Assembly: GCA_037190965.1 (NCBI GenBank)
Contig: JBBCKI010000024.1
Coordinates: forward strand, 21,005-85,004
Length of the DNA: 64,000 nucleotides
Direction: 5' to 3'
From: Chthoniobacteraceae bacterium
Lineage (GTDB): Bacteria; Verrucomicrobiota; Verrucomicrobiia; Chthoniobacterales; Chthoniobacteraceae
The translations under genes and the position numbers were made by a program. Below are positions 1 to 10,059 of this stretch, piece by piece; position 1 is the first letter of the stretch, and each line of letters opens with the position of its first letter. The notes beneath the pieces are model-generated. The model made no database searches, was not told the DNA's origin, and saw only the letters and a list, made by a program, of their open reading frames with translations.

Positions 1-170
1 ACTCACAAAATACTCAAACAGGAAATCTGATCTGAGGTTCGTCCCTCACGATTGCCGGAGATTAGCCTTTTAAGGAAGGAAGAACACCTGGTAATCGGCA
101 AGATTTCTTGATCTGGGAGTTCTGTTTTTAGTAGACAAATATCGGATAGTCATGCATTTTTAGTGGAAAT

Positions 171-1184
171 ATGGCGACACTCAAAGACATCGCTGAAATG
201 GTCGGAATCTCCGTTTCAGCCGCTTCCCTTGCGATCCGAGACCACGACTCGATCAGCGAAGAGACCAAGCGCCGCGTTTGGGGGGCTCAAAAGAAACTGG
301 GGTACCAACCAAACCTTGCCCGCCGCTCTCGCCCTCGGAACTCCGAAGCCGCGGCGCAATCGACGACGGACATCGCCTTTGTGCTTTCAGACCGCGGCTT
401 CAGTGACATGCTCTATGCCCGCAAATTCCAGGCCGTCACCAAGCTTTCGGTGGGGCATCAGTTCCGGCCAATCTATGTCTCCGTAAAACTGGCGGATTTG
501 CATGAGGGAAATTTCCCTTCGCTTTTGACGGACTCCGGCATCAAGGGGATCATCGTTTCGGGCAATTACGATGAGAAGGCGCATCAGCAATTGCGCCGCC
601 TGAAAGTCCCCATTGTGGTGTCGGGAAATTATTCGTTGGGCAATGAATCGTGGTCCGCTTGCGAGATCGACATCGCACAGGGGATTCGCCTCATGACGGA
701 CCGGATGATCGAGTTGGGGCACCGAAGAATCGCCCTATTGGTGCGGTCTCCCGGCTCCCACTATGCCTACGATCTTGAATGCGCTTACCGCAGGCACGCG
801 GAGATGACCAAAATCGAAGGAGGCGCCCTTGTTCTAAGGGAGGATAGCGCCCATATTCAGACGCAACTTGATGCACTACTGCAGCAACCAGACCGCCCGA
901 CGGCTCTGGTTCTTTCGACCGATGGCCTTGCTCTGGAGGTGTTCGACGCTGCAGACCGGCTCGGTTTGAAGATCCCCCGCGATCTCAGTATTACGGCCTT
1001 CGAAAGTGGCTACCATAGTCTGAGACCCCCTCTCTCCGTGGTCAGTGTTGACTCTAATGACATTGGGCGTGTCACCCTCCGGAAGCTGATCAGCCAGATG
1101 CAGGATCCCGAATGCTTGCTCACCCGCGAAGTCGTTGGGATGCGTTTCTCTCCGGGAGGTTCGATTGCGCCTCCGGTGCACTGA
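171..1184 (+). CDS. LacI-family transcriptional regulator
   Basis: N-terminal HTH ATLKDIAEMVGISVSAASLAI...LGYQPN; C-terminal periplasmic-binding-fold sensor (LGHRRIA, IPRDLSITAF). Confidence 0.93.
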   Translation: MATLKDIAEMVGISVSAASLAIRDHDSISEETKRRVWGAQKKLGYQPNLARRSRPRNSEAAAQSTTDIAFVLSDRGFSDMLYARKFQAVTKLSVGHQFRPIYVSVKLADLHEGNFPSLLTDSGIKGIIVSGNYDEKAHQQLRRLKVPIVVSGNYSLGNESWSACEIDIAQGIRLMTDRMIELGHRRIALLVRSPGSHYAYDLECAYRRHAEMTKIEGGALVLREDSAHIQTQLDALLQQPDRPTALVLSTDGLALEVFDAADRLGLKIPRDLSITAFESGYHSLRPPLSVVSVDSNDIGRVTLRKLISQMQDPECLLTREVVGMRFSPGGSIAPPVH

Positions 1185-1269
1185 TCATCGCTCCTCGTTT
1201 CCTGGTTTTCTGGCCCCCGGTTAATAGCCGGAAGCCTCGTCGTTTTTCACCCCCCAGTGCAGAATTATC

Positions 1270-3609
1270 ATGGAATATGATCTGAAGAATCTTACACTTC
1301 GCCGCCTCGAAGATCAGGAAGAGGCAGGGTTATGGATCACATCCCTCCCCTGGCCGCGAAGCCCCCTGAGAAATCTTTCCCTCAACGGTCATCAAACCGG
1401 CATTCTTCCACTCGGGCAATGGCCCGGGAGCGAGAACCCTCGCCGTCTCTTGATGATCGCTGATGGGCGCAATGCTGCTCCCGAGACGCTATCCATTAGC
1501 GACGACGTGCTGCCCTCCTTCGGAATGCCGGAGTTACCGACGGCTACCATGGAGCTTTTCGAAAGAAGCACTCCCGATTGCTACGCCTGGGAGCGGCACC
1601 TGTTGCGGCTCCGCCAAGGGAGCCGTTCCATCGAAATGGCGCTCGGCCTGCGGACGAAGGGGAAAGTTCACTGGTGGGAAGCCTGTCGACTGGTTGTTCT
1701 GAGGGAGACCGAAGATTTCGTGGAGATTGAGATGGGCGGAGCCATTCCCCACCGCATCATGACAGCGGAGGAGATGAGGAGATATATCGGTTTTGAAAAT
1801 CCCTACCTCCATAAGCACAACTGGCTCAACGGCCACCTCTATGCCCGTCTCCACCGGAATGGCGTTTGCGAGATCTATATCCATCACATTAACGCCAAGT
1901 GCTTTGATGATGGGCTCGACCTCGAAGACGTCGTGCCTGTCATCGGTTTCAGAACTGGGGAGGGCGACTCGCCTTTCTGCCCCTGGGATGGCACCCTGCC
2001 CGATCTTGTCATCAACGACGTCCGGTTCGACCTGAGTGAGGCCACCTCCCTTGCGACAACCAATCAACCGGGTGCTCTGGGGCGGCGGAGCGGCTTCGTC
2101 GTCTGGCAGCCCTATACAGGGGTGGAGCTCTATGGTGGCGCGTATCCGGAGGGAACCACGGGAGACCCCTTCATTTTTCATGCGGAAAAAAGGACATTTC
2201 CGCGCGGGATGGCGCGTACCGTCCGCTTTTCGCTGAGCCTTTCCGACCGCTCGCCGCGCATCGTCCGCTATATCGCGCCTGCATGGTGGTTCGGGGTGTG
2301 CGAGGAGTTTCTGCCGGAGCCGCTCTTGCCAGTGGAATCGATCCATGAACCGGCCATCCAGAAATCTCGCCAATGGGCGAAGGAGATTGCTTTGAAAGGA
2401 GGCTTCGAGGACGGTGCCATCCCACGGCATGCGCTCTTCCAGAAGGAAGTGAAGGGACGCCTTCGCAATGAAGCGGGATGGGAAGGCGATCTCATCTACG
2501 CGCTCTTCCATTCCGCATGGAAGACTTCCGCTCCCGATGACTATTTGTTGGCGCTGCGGTCTGCCTATTACTTTACCGACGTTTCCGTCGATCATGCCGC
2601 CAAGCTCGTACGGATGCATGGCTACCCTCCGCACTCCTTCTCGCTTCCGAGCGGCCGGATGCAGGGAACCCTTGCGGCCTACCTCGAAACAGGTGACCCG
2701 TATTTGTTTGAAACGGCGGAGTCGGTGACGATCAGTTCACATTGGCTCTCCCAAAACTCCTGGCCGCGAATGGCGGTGGGACGTGACTCCTGCTATCTTC
2801 GGGGAGCCGTCCTCCTCTATCGTTATTTTGGCGATGAATTTTATCGCAAAATGGCCCTGGAAGGGGCGCGGAACGTCATCGAATCCCAACGCCCGAACGG
2901 AAGCTTTGGGGATCAGGGCGGAGGCACCGGCATTCATCAATGGGGTGGGTACATCACTAAGCCCTGGATGGGGCTTTTGGCCTTGAACCCGGTGCTTGAT
3001 TACCTGGAGTTGTTCCCCGAGGAGACCTTTCTGGAGGAAGGCGTCAGGCGTTTCGCCGATTGGCTGATGGCGGAGCGTTGGCTTCATCACGGCGTCATGA
3101 CCTGGTCCTACCAGCATGATTATAATGGGACCCGCACCTTTTACGATCCGGCCACCGGAAAAACCCTCGACTTGCCCACAGCCGATGGCTGGCACCAGGA
3201 GACCCTCGCGCGGCTTCTGGGCTACGCCAGCATTCGGTTTAATGATGCAAAGTATCTTAACGCCTGGGCAGAAAGTTTCGGCACTCAAACCATCTTTACC
3301 TTTGACCACTGCATCGCCGCCGACCTTCAGTTTCACCCCTGGCTGCAAGCCAAACTTTGGAATGCCACGCTGATCGACGGAAACCTGGTGATCGCGCCAG
3401 TTTATTTCGGCTTCAGGACCCCTGCCGAGGCGAGGATCGATACGCCCTCCGGCTGGATCTCCGTGGGCTGGGGCCAGGACGGTAAAGTGATTGCACCCAA
3501 TGCGCTCGCCGTGGCAGGCGTCACCCGGCTGGCCGGTTCCTGCGGTCAGCAACCCGAGCTTGCGAAAGAACTCGCCAGTGTTGGAGCCCCGCACCTCCTC
3601 AGCGTCTAG
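1270..3609 (+). CDS. Hypothetical protein, probable (alpha/alpha)-barrel carbohydrate-active enzyme (lyase/hydrolase-like)
   Basis: 779-aa ORF with Trp/Tyr-rich helical segments (AYLETGDPYLFETA, LLYRYFGDEFYRKMA); lies between LacI and a DUF4838-like gene. Confidence 0.6.
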   Translation: MEYDLKNLTLRRLEDQEEAGLWITSLPWPRSPLRNLSLNGHQTGILPLGQWPGSENPRRLLMIADGRNAAPETLSISDDVLPSFGMPELPTATMELFERSTPDCYAWERHLLRLRQGSRSIEMALGLRTKGKVHWWEACRLVVLRETEDFVEIEMGGAIPHRIMTAEEMRRYIGFENPYLHKHNWLNGHLYARLHRNGVCEIYIHHINAKCFDDGLDLEDVVPVIGFRTGEGDSPFCPWDGTLPDLVINDVRFDLSEATSLATTNQPGALGRRSGFVVWQPYTGVELYGGAYPEGTTGDPFIFHAEKRTFPRGMARTVRFSLSLSDRSPRIVRYIAPAWWFGVCEEFLPEPLLPVESIHEPAIQKSRQWAKEIALKGGFEDGAIPRHALFQKEVKGRLRNEAGWEGDLIYALFHSAWKTSAPDDYLLALRSAYYFTDVSVDHAAKLVRMHGYPPHSFSLPSGRMQGTLAAYLETGDPYLFETAESVTISSHWLSQNSWPRMAVGRDSCYLRGAVLLYRYFGDEFYRKMALEGARNVIESQRPNGSFGDQGGGTGIHQWGGYITKPWMGLLALNPVLDYLELFPEETFLEEGVRRFADWLMAERWLHHGVMTWSYQHDYNGTRTFYDPATGKTLDLPTADGWHQETLARLLGYASIRFNDAKYLNAWAESFGTQTIFTFDHCIAADLQFHPWLQAKLWNATLIDGNLVIAPVYFGFRTPAEARIDTPSGWISVGWGQDGKVIAPNALAVAGVTRLAGSCGQQPELAKELASVGAPHLLSV

Positions 3610-3622
3610 TCCCTAGCTCCTC

Positions 3623-5956
3623 ATGAATCGTATTTCCATATTCTGCCTGCTTGCCATTCTCAATCCTGCATCCTGCTTGCTGGCCGAGCTAACGTGGGAC
3701 AGGAAACACCTCGAGCAGGCATTGATCTATGTGTCTGCTGCCCCGCAGCAGGATAAGAAAAGGCCCGTCGCTAGGATGGAGCACCCCTACCTGCATAAGG
3801 CGGCCGAAGATCTAAAAGATTATCTGCGAAAGATGACGGGCGTCGAGGTTCCCATCGTGGAGGTCGATCGTGCCGCCAGTATTCCAAACGGCAGACCGGC
3901 TTTCATTCTCGGCCCGCTGGCCGTCGAACTGGGGGCTCAGCCGCCTGCGACCCTTTTTCACGAGGATGGCTACATTATCGTTACCAGGAACAATCAACTC
4001 CTCTTGGCAGGCGAAGACGCGCCCGGCACGGCCTACGCCGTGGCGGATTTCCTTCATCAACAGGGCGTGCGCTGGTACATGCCGGGCCCTTACGGAGAAG
4101 AAGCGCCAAAAAGAGATCATCTCACCCTTCCTGAGACGCCGATCAAAGGCGCTCCCTCCTATGAAGACCGCGTTCTTTGGTATAATGGGGGCAAGGCCAA
4201 CAAGTTCCCTCCCAATGCGGAGGGGATGTTTGGGGACTGGCTGCGGCGTAATCGCATCGCCATCTCCATGCGATTGCCCGCCGGCCATATGTGGAACAAC
4301 ATTTTCCGCGCAGTGGGGCCAGGTAAGAACGCCGGAGAAAACCGCAAGGAGTTCTTCAAGAACCACCCGGAGTATTTCGGGATCGTTAACGGCGTCCCGG
4401 CGATCGGCCAGTTGAACTTGGGCAGCGATGCGGTCGTGGATCTCTTCGTGAACTATTACAAGTCGCTCTTGAAAGAGGCGCCCCGGGACATTCAGCGGGT
4501 TTTCTCCATCTCGCCCGATGACGGAGTGATCCTCAACGAAAATCCGGAAAGCAAACCGTTCATTACCCGGCGCGACCTGACGTTCTCCAACCTCCCGGAT
4601 TCGACCGATCTCGTCATCCAGTTTCTCAACCGGGTCGTGACGCGGCTCAATGAAGAGTATCCCAATGTAAAGCTCGCCTTCTACATTTACTCCAACTACC
4701 AGAACGGCCCCACGAGCGTGAAGATGAACGCGAACCTCATTCCATTCATCGCACCGCTCAACTTCAGCCGCTACCACGCGCTCAATGACGCCACCAAACC
4801 AAGCCGCACCATGCTCGCGAGTATCGTGAAGCGCTGGCATGCCAGTGGAGCGACTTTCGGTTGGCGCGATTATTCATTCCTGTGCCCCGATGCGTTGATG
4901 CCGTTCACACGCATGCATATGACGCCGCGGGAACTCCCATGGCTCTACGAACGTGGCTGCCGCTACTACAATACGGAGACGACGATAAACTGGCCCAACC
5001 TGCTGCCGGAATACTACCTCATCACCCGCATTCTATGGGATGTGAAAGTCGATCAATCTTCGATCATCCAGGAGTTCTACGCGCGCTTCTTCGGCGCGGC
5101 AGGCGATTCGATGAAGGCGTATATCGACGAGCTTTCCCAGGCTTACGATAGCCTCCCATTCGCATCCGGGAACAAAGAATTCGTCGACTCCGTCTTCACC
5201 TCGGAGCGATCCGCAAAACTGCGGGGCTTGATGGAGAAGGCGAAGGCTGCCGTGGCAGGCGACGACATTCGCATTCACCGCGTCAAGATCATGGAAACCG
5301 CGCTGAACCAAAGCGAGCGTTTCATGCAAATGCGCGCGGCAGTTAATGCCTTTGACTATGAAAAGGCGCAGCAGATCAATCTTTCCATCCACCAGGCCTT
5401 CCTCGACGATCAAGCTTTCGATCCCCATACCAATAACCAATTCGTCAAGGATGTCTGGTATGAGCGCTTCTACGGGAAGCACGTTGGGCAGGTGGCGGAA
5501 TGGCTCAACGATGCGGAAGTGGTGCACCTCTTCGCGGACGAATGGCCCGCTCATTTCGACCTGACCTCCACGGGAGAACTCGAAGGGCTTTCCAATCCGG
5601 CCACGACAGCTTTCGCCTTTCACAAGCTGAAGACCTGGTCCCGTTCGCTCGCCGAACAGGGTTGGGAGAAATTCCGGGGAGATCTCTGGTACCGCCAGAC
5701 TTTCCCTGCCATCAAAGTCCCCGAGGGGAAGAAGTTGTATCTTGTTTTTGGGGGCGTCGCCAGTGACCTGAAGGCCTGGATCGACGGCGAAGCGGTCGGG
5801 GAGGCGAAGACCCGCGACGCCGGTCCTCTTCTTTTGCCGTTGGAGGCTCTCAAGAACCAGGACACCCACACCCTGACCTTGAAGATATCCAACCGTACTA
5901 TCGCCGAACTGGGCGTCGGCGGGCTCATACGCCCTGTCGCACTCGTGATAAAATAA
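3623..5956 (+). CDS. Secreted DUF4838-type protein with glycoside-hydrolase-like N-domain and C-terminal sugar-binding jelly-roll
   Basis: Signal peptide; AAEDLKDYLRKMTG, GTAYAVADFL..GVRWYMPG, HPEYFG, SISPDDG motifs; C-terminal WYRQTF...FGGV...GGLIRPV module. Confidence 0.75.
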   Translation: MNRISIFCLLAILNPASCLLAELTWDRKHLEQALIYVSAAPQQDKKRPVARMEHPYLHKAAEDLKDYLRKMTGVEVPIVEVDRAASIPNGRPAFILGPLAVELGAQPPATLFHEDGYIIVTRNNQLLLAGEDAPGTAYAVADFLHQQGVRWYMPGPYGEEAPKRDHLTLPETPIKGAPSYEDRVLWYNGGKANKFPPNAEGMFGDWLRRNRIAISMRLPAGHMWNNIFRAVGPGKNAGENRKEFFKNHPEYFGIVNGVPAIGQLNLGSDAVVDLFVNYYKSLLKEAPRDIQRVFSISPDDGVILNENPESKPFITRRDLTFSNLPDSTDLVIQFLNRVVTRLNEEYPNVKLAFYIYSNYQNGPTSVKMNANLIPFIAPLNFSRYHALNDATKPSRTMLASIVKRWHASGATFGWRDYSFLCPDALMPFTRMHMTPRELPWLYERGCRYYNTETTINWPNLLPEYYLITRILWDVKVDQSSIIQEFYARFFGAAGDSMKAYIDELSQAYDSLPFASGNKEFVDSVFTSERSAKLRGLMEKAKAAVAGDDIRIHRVKIMETALNQSERFMQMRAAVNAFDYEKAQQINLSIHQAFLDDQAFDPHTNNQFVKDVWYERFYGKHVGQVAEWLNDAEVVHLFADEWPAHFDLTSTGELEGLSNPATTAFAFHKLKTWSRSLAEQGWEKFRGDLWYRQTFPAIKVPEGKKLYLVFGGVASDLKAWIDGEAVGEAKTRDAGPLLLPLEALKNQDTHTLTLKISNRTIAELGVGGLIRPVALVIK

Positions 5957-5977
5957 AGCTCCTCTCCGGCCTGGGGT

Positions 5978-7087
5978 TCATCCCTCCGGGTCCACGAACT
6001 TTCCGCGCCAATAGAGTTCGTGTTTGGGTTTGGTTCTCCCGGTTTGGATAATTTCCAGCAACTTCTCGCACGCCCGTCGCGCCAGATTCATTGGTTCGTA
6101 GTCGAAAAAGCAAATCTTGCTGGCATCAGGCGAATTGGGGCGGGCTTGAATGGCGACGACAAAGAGGTCTTTCGGAACCCGGATTTCCTGTTGGGAGAGG
6201 AAGCGCATCACCTCGGGGAGGTGCTCTTCTCCTTGCAGGATGATGGCGGTTGGCCGGTGTTTTTTGAGTGCCCTGCGGAGCGCGGTAACAAGACCGTAGG
6301 CCGTGTTATCATACCTCTCCACAAGGATTTCGTCGGGACGTTTCTGTAGCGCGAGGTGGCCCTCCTCGTAGCCTCCCAGCACCTCCTGCGTGAAACGGGT
6401 ATCCCCCTTCCACACAAAGCTGCAGAACCGGCGATGGCCCTTGCGGTCGAGATGCAATACGACCTCGCGGTAGATCCGCCGGAAATCAACGGCGACGGAA
6501 GGAAGGTCTGCGTCTCCCCAGATATAGCCGCATGAGAGGGCAGGGACTCCCCGTTGTGCGAGATCCCATTGTAATTCATGGTGCGCCGAAACGCAGATGT
6601 AGCCGCTCACGCTCCCATGTCGCAGCCATTCCGGATACACGGGATAAACTTGGTGCGCCTCATCTTTTTTAGAAACACTCAGGCTGATCGAATATTTTTC
6701 CTGCGAAAGCGCGCTGTTACAGCCGAGCAAGAGCTCCGTGAGCTTGGGGTCGGAAAGATACGTGGCGCTGCTGCAGATAAAACCGATCTGGCGACCGCCG
6801 GGAGAGTCGCTTTCGGGTTTTTCATGAGATCCGATCGGCGGATTCTGAATGCATGTTCCCTTGCCGGGGCGGGAGGCAATCCATCCTTGCTCGGAGAGGA
6901 TCTTCAGCGCGTTACGGATGGTCTGCCGTGAGACGTTATGTAGAAGGCAAAGCTCTCTCTCAGACGGGAGCATCTGCCCGTTGGCGTATTCCCCGGATCT
7001 GATTTTTTTACGGAACTCATCGACCAGCTTTCGGTAGATCGGCTGGAATGCGCCCTCGCTTTTTCGGGAGGCTGAGCGATCAACCAT
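5978..7087 (-). CDS. GntR-family regulator with LacI-type sensor domain
   Basis: wHTH LPSERELCLLHNVSRQTIRNALKILSEQGWI..RPGKGT followed by a periplasmic-binding-fold domain. Confidence 0.9.
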   Translation of the reverse strand: MVDRSASRKSEGAFQPIYRKLVDEFRKKIRSGEYANGQMLPSERELCLLHNVSRQTIRNALKILSEQGWIASRPGKGTCIQNPPIGSHEKPESDSPGGRQIGFICSSATYLSDPKLTELLLGCNSALSQEKYSISLSVSKKDEAHQVYPVYPEWLRHGSVSGYICVSAHHELQWDLAQRGVPALSCGYIWGDADLPSVAVDFRRIYREVVLHLDRKGHRRFCSFVWKGDTRFTQEVLGGYEEGHLALQKRPDEILVERYDNTAYGLVTALRRALKKHRPTAIILQGEEHLPEVMRFLSQQEIRVPKDLFVVAIQARPNSPDASKICFFDYEPMNLARRACEKLLEIIQTGRTKPKHELYWRGKFVDPEG

Positions 7088-7205
7088 AAATAATTCGTAG
7101 CATGTTTTTCAGAAACTCCGGCGAATACGCTGCTCACGCAGCGATTTCCGCCAAAGATACCGAGCCTGCTGAACCATGGCAATCGAGAGATGCCGGGCTG
7201 GGAAA

Positions 7206-9548
7206 TTACGCCAATCGGGCAAAGCCCGATCGGCCACACCCACAACCCTTGCTTTCTTCAGCGAGACGTCCCGTTTCGATAGCTTTGCCAATCATTCCCA
7301 GCACTTCTCGCGTGGCCTCAAGGTAACGCTCACGATGTTCCTCTCGGTGCGCGAGCATCAGATAACATACTCCAGAGGCCAGAATGCCGCGCTCCCTCAT
7401 CAGGCGAACGTAAAGAGCTTGCGCAAGGGAAGTCTCGGCGCCGAGATCAAACCGCATCGTCGGGCTGGCGGGCATTCCTCCCACTGTCCATTGGCAGACG
7501 GGAACTTCCGCCGAGATTTGAAGAAGGGCCTCCTGAAGAGCGGTGCCCCGTTTCCAGATCTCTTCTGCCGCTTGCGTCTTCTGCACTTTCCGGAGCACGG
7601 CCAACGCCGCCGCCGGTCCGACTCCGTCCGTCCAATAACTGGAGGAGATAAAGCTCGGGTCAGCTGCCGTCATGATGTCGTCGCGCCCGACCACAACGCC
7701 GAACGGGAATCCATTGCTCATCGCCTTGGCGTAGACCGCCAGATCGGGATCGACGCCGAAGCGCGACAAGGCGCCGGGAAAGCCGTAGCGGAGGCCGCTG
7801 GTAATCTCGTCCACGACAAACACCGCGCCTCTTTTGCGGCAGGCGGCTGCGGCCTTTTGCAGAAAGTCGTCTTGCGGCAGTTGTGAACGCATCGGCTCCA
7901 TGACCACGGCCGCGAGATTGCCCTCCAGCTTATCCAGCGCGGCACGGAGAGAGGCGAGATCATTGTAGCGGAAAGGCACCGAGGTGCCCGTCAGCTCACG
8001 CGGAACACCGCGCGGTTCCAACCCGGGAAGCAAATGCCCGTCGAGCATCGTGCCGTCGCCGAGATTCGCGGCAAGATACCAATCGTGCCAGCCGTGGTAA
8101 CCGCAGAATGCCACACCGCTTTTCCCTGTTGCCGCACGCGCCGTGCGGACAGCCACGGCCATGGCATCGCCGCCGCCGCGCGAATAGCGAATTTTTCCCG
8201 CCCACGGATGCAGCGCCAGAAGCTCTTCGGCAAGCTGGACTTCCTCGGGATTCAGCAGGGTGCAATAGCTGCCCAGGGAGAGCCGGCGGCGTACCGCCGC
8301 CGTCACGTTGGGATCGGCATATCCCAGCAGCACGGCCCCGATCCCTCCCGCAAAATCGAGATACCGGCTTCCATCCAGACCCCACACTTCACATCCTGAG
8401 CAGCGAGAGAAATAGGAAGGCCAATGGTGGGCTCCGAATTGCTCGGCTCGTTTCGACATCAATCCTGTCCCGCACGAGATCACCTCGCGCGCCCGCTTCC
8501 AGAGCCCGGGCCCTGATTCCACTTCAGGTACCGCTGCTTCGGGAAGATGCCCGCGAAGAAGCCGTAAGGCATTGTTCAGGAAGATGTCATTCACATCAGC
8601 CCGGTTCAGGCCCATGTCTTCGCAAGCCTCCTGCAGACACAAGAGCGACTCGATTCCAACCAGCGTCATGGCTGTCTCCGCTGCGGGGCGGCTTACTTCC
8701 GGCAACGAGTCCGGGTGCAACCAGAAGAAGCGTTCCCCGGTGCTGATACAACGGCCCTTCGCTGCATCCACCGCGAAGTCGGACCCGAACAGCACCCGTC
8801 GCGGCCCGAGAATTTCGAGCGCGGCACGGATCGACTCGCATTCCGTCACCGCCGAGGTGTCCACCACCACGTTATCCAGATCAACAAGAGCACCCAAGCC
8901 GCGCCTTGCATGGCGGTAGTTAAAGGAGCGGGCGACGTGGGCCAGCACCAGGCGGCAGCGCGGGTATTTCCGGCACAACCGGCGGAGGCTTGTCTGGTTG
9001 CATTCGTCCTCCATTGCATCGGCGCGGACGATGTGCAGCATCAGGATTCCGCCCCGCTCGTCCAACAGCTTCCACATCCATTCGGGAGCGAACTCTTCGA
9101 TGGAAGCATTCATCGTATCGAGTCTTCCCGAATAGACGTGGTAGACCTTTAGCCCACAAAAGCTTCCGCCATTCAACAGCGAGGCGATGGCGTCCACGCT
9201 ATCCTGCGGGGAAACCAGGGCGAGCGCGCGGCTGAGAGAAGATCCGTGCGTCTTTACCTCCCGGGCCACCTCTTCGTTGATGGCATCACGATCTGCCGTT
9301 GCATGAGGCATGCCGAAGTAGAGACCATGAATGCGTCGCGACGGCATGTATCGGGATACCTCCGCCCGATGCTCCGCACAACCCAGTTGCCGCTCAATCG
9401 GCTCGCGAAGCCACTTCCAGGCATCCGGTCCGAAATGCCTCGGATTGAACGGATGGACATGGATGTCGAAGATTTCCTCCGGCACAAAACTCTCTAGGCG
9501 ACTCGCCAGACGGCAATCGGTGTCAGTCAACGTGGGGCAGTATTGCAT
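7206..9548 (-). CDS. Fusion of amidohydrolase_2-type domain and class III PLP aminotransferase (GSA aminomutase-like)
   Basis: N-half DIHVH, LAHVAR, VLFGSDF; C-half YLDFAGGIG, GYHGWHDW, FVVDEITSGLR, YAKAMSNG (PLP lysine). Confidence 0.88.
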   Translation of the reverse strand: MQYCPTLTDTDCRLASRLESFVPEEIFDIHVHPFNPRHFGPDAWKWLREPIERQLGCAEHRAEVSRYMPSRRIHGLYFGMPHATADRDAINEEVAREVKTHGSSLSRALALVSPQDSVDAIASLLNGGSFCGLKVYHVYSGRLDTMNASIEEFAPEWMWKLLDERGGILMLHIVRADAMEDECNQTSLRRLCRKYPRCRLVLAHVARSFNYRHARRGLGALVDLDNVVVDTSAVTECESIRAALEILGPRRVLFGSDFAVDAAKGRCISTGERFFWLHPDSLPEVSRPAAETAMTLVGIESLLCLQEACEDMGLNRADVNDIFLNNALRLLRGHLPEAAVPEVESGPGLWKRAREVISCGTGLMSKRAEQFGAHHWPSYFSRCSGCEVWGLDGSRYLDFAGGIGAVLLGYADPNVTAAVRRRLSLGSYCTLLNPEEVQLAEELLALHPWAGKIRYSRGGGDAMAVAVRTARAATGKSGVAFCGYHGWHDWYLAANLGDGTMLDGHLLPGLEPRGVPRELTGTSVPFRYNDLASLRAALDKLEGNLAAVVMEPMRSQLPQDDFLQKAAAACRKRGAVFVVDEITSGLRYGFPGALSRFGVDPDLAVYAKAMSNGFPFGVVVGRDDIMTAADPSFISSSYWTDGVGPAAALAVLRKVQKTQAAEEIWKRGTALQEALLQISAEVPVCQWTVGGMPASPTMRFDLGAETSLAQALYVRLMRERGILASGVCYLMLAHREEHRERYLEATREVLGMIGKAIETGRLAEESKGCGCGRSGFARLA

Positions 9549-9603
9549 GGAGAAGAGGAATGCGGGGTTTATTGAAACGAAACTCGTTTAAAGGAACAAA
9601 ATT

Positions 9604-9622
9604 CCAGTAATTTGAATACTGG
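9604..9622. promoter_or_regulatory. Palindromic operator candidate CCAGTA-N7-TACTGG upstream of the amidohydrolase-aminotransferase/GntR genes
   Basis: Perfect 6-bp inverted repeat in AT-rich DNA about 55 bp upstream of the 9548 start. Confidence 0.5.
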
Positions 9623-9846
9623 TATTTGATATAGGCGCCGATTTTCGGCAAGCATTTTCTGAATCGAGCCCTGCGGCTCTTTGTGGCTAACCCGCGTTCA
9701 AGCTTTGCAATGATGCGCGATCCTGCGGATTTTCAGGGACTTATGCGGAAGTGATTCTTCGATCGTCAGTGCCAAGCCCTAATTCTTAGAAGAGCTTTTT
9801 TCATACAGCTTCGGCGGCCTCACTTTTTGAAGGAGATTGCCGCATC

Positions 9847-10059
9847 GTGACCGATATCGAAGGCATTTCCCGCGTCGGCACCCTTGACGGGATCATCGCC
9901 AATAACCACAATCCCGGCATTCCCCGCCAAGTGGACCCCTCGCAGGAAGCTTTTACCGTGCGCGAGACGATGAAGCGGCTGTGGGAGAGCGCGAAAGCGG
10001 CATTTGAACCAGAGGAGAGACTTGTCGGTATTCTTAAACAGGAGGACTTATTTCTATGA
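9847..10059 (+). pseudogene. hsdM: C-terminal remnant of a type I restriction-modification methyltransferase (HsdM)
   Basis: DIEGISRVGTLDGIIANNHNPGIPRQV...TVRETMKRLWESAKAAFEPEERLVGIL resembles the HsdM tail (...IxxNDYNLNIPRYV plus terminal helix); no upstream catalytic part; stop overlaps the next gene start (ATGA). Confidence 0.55.
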
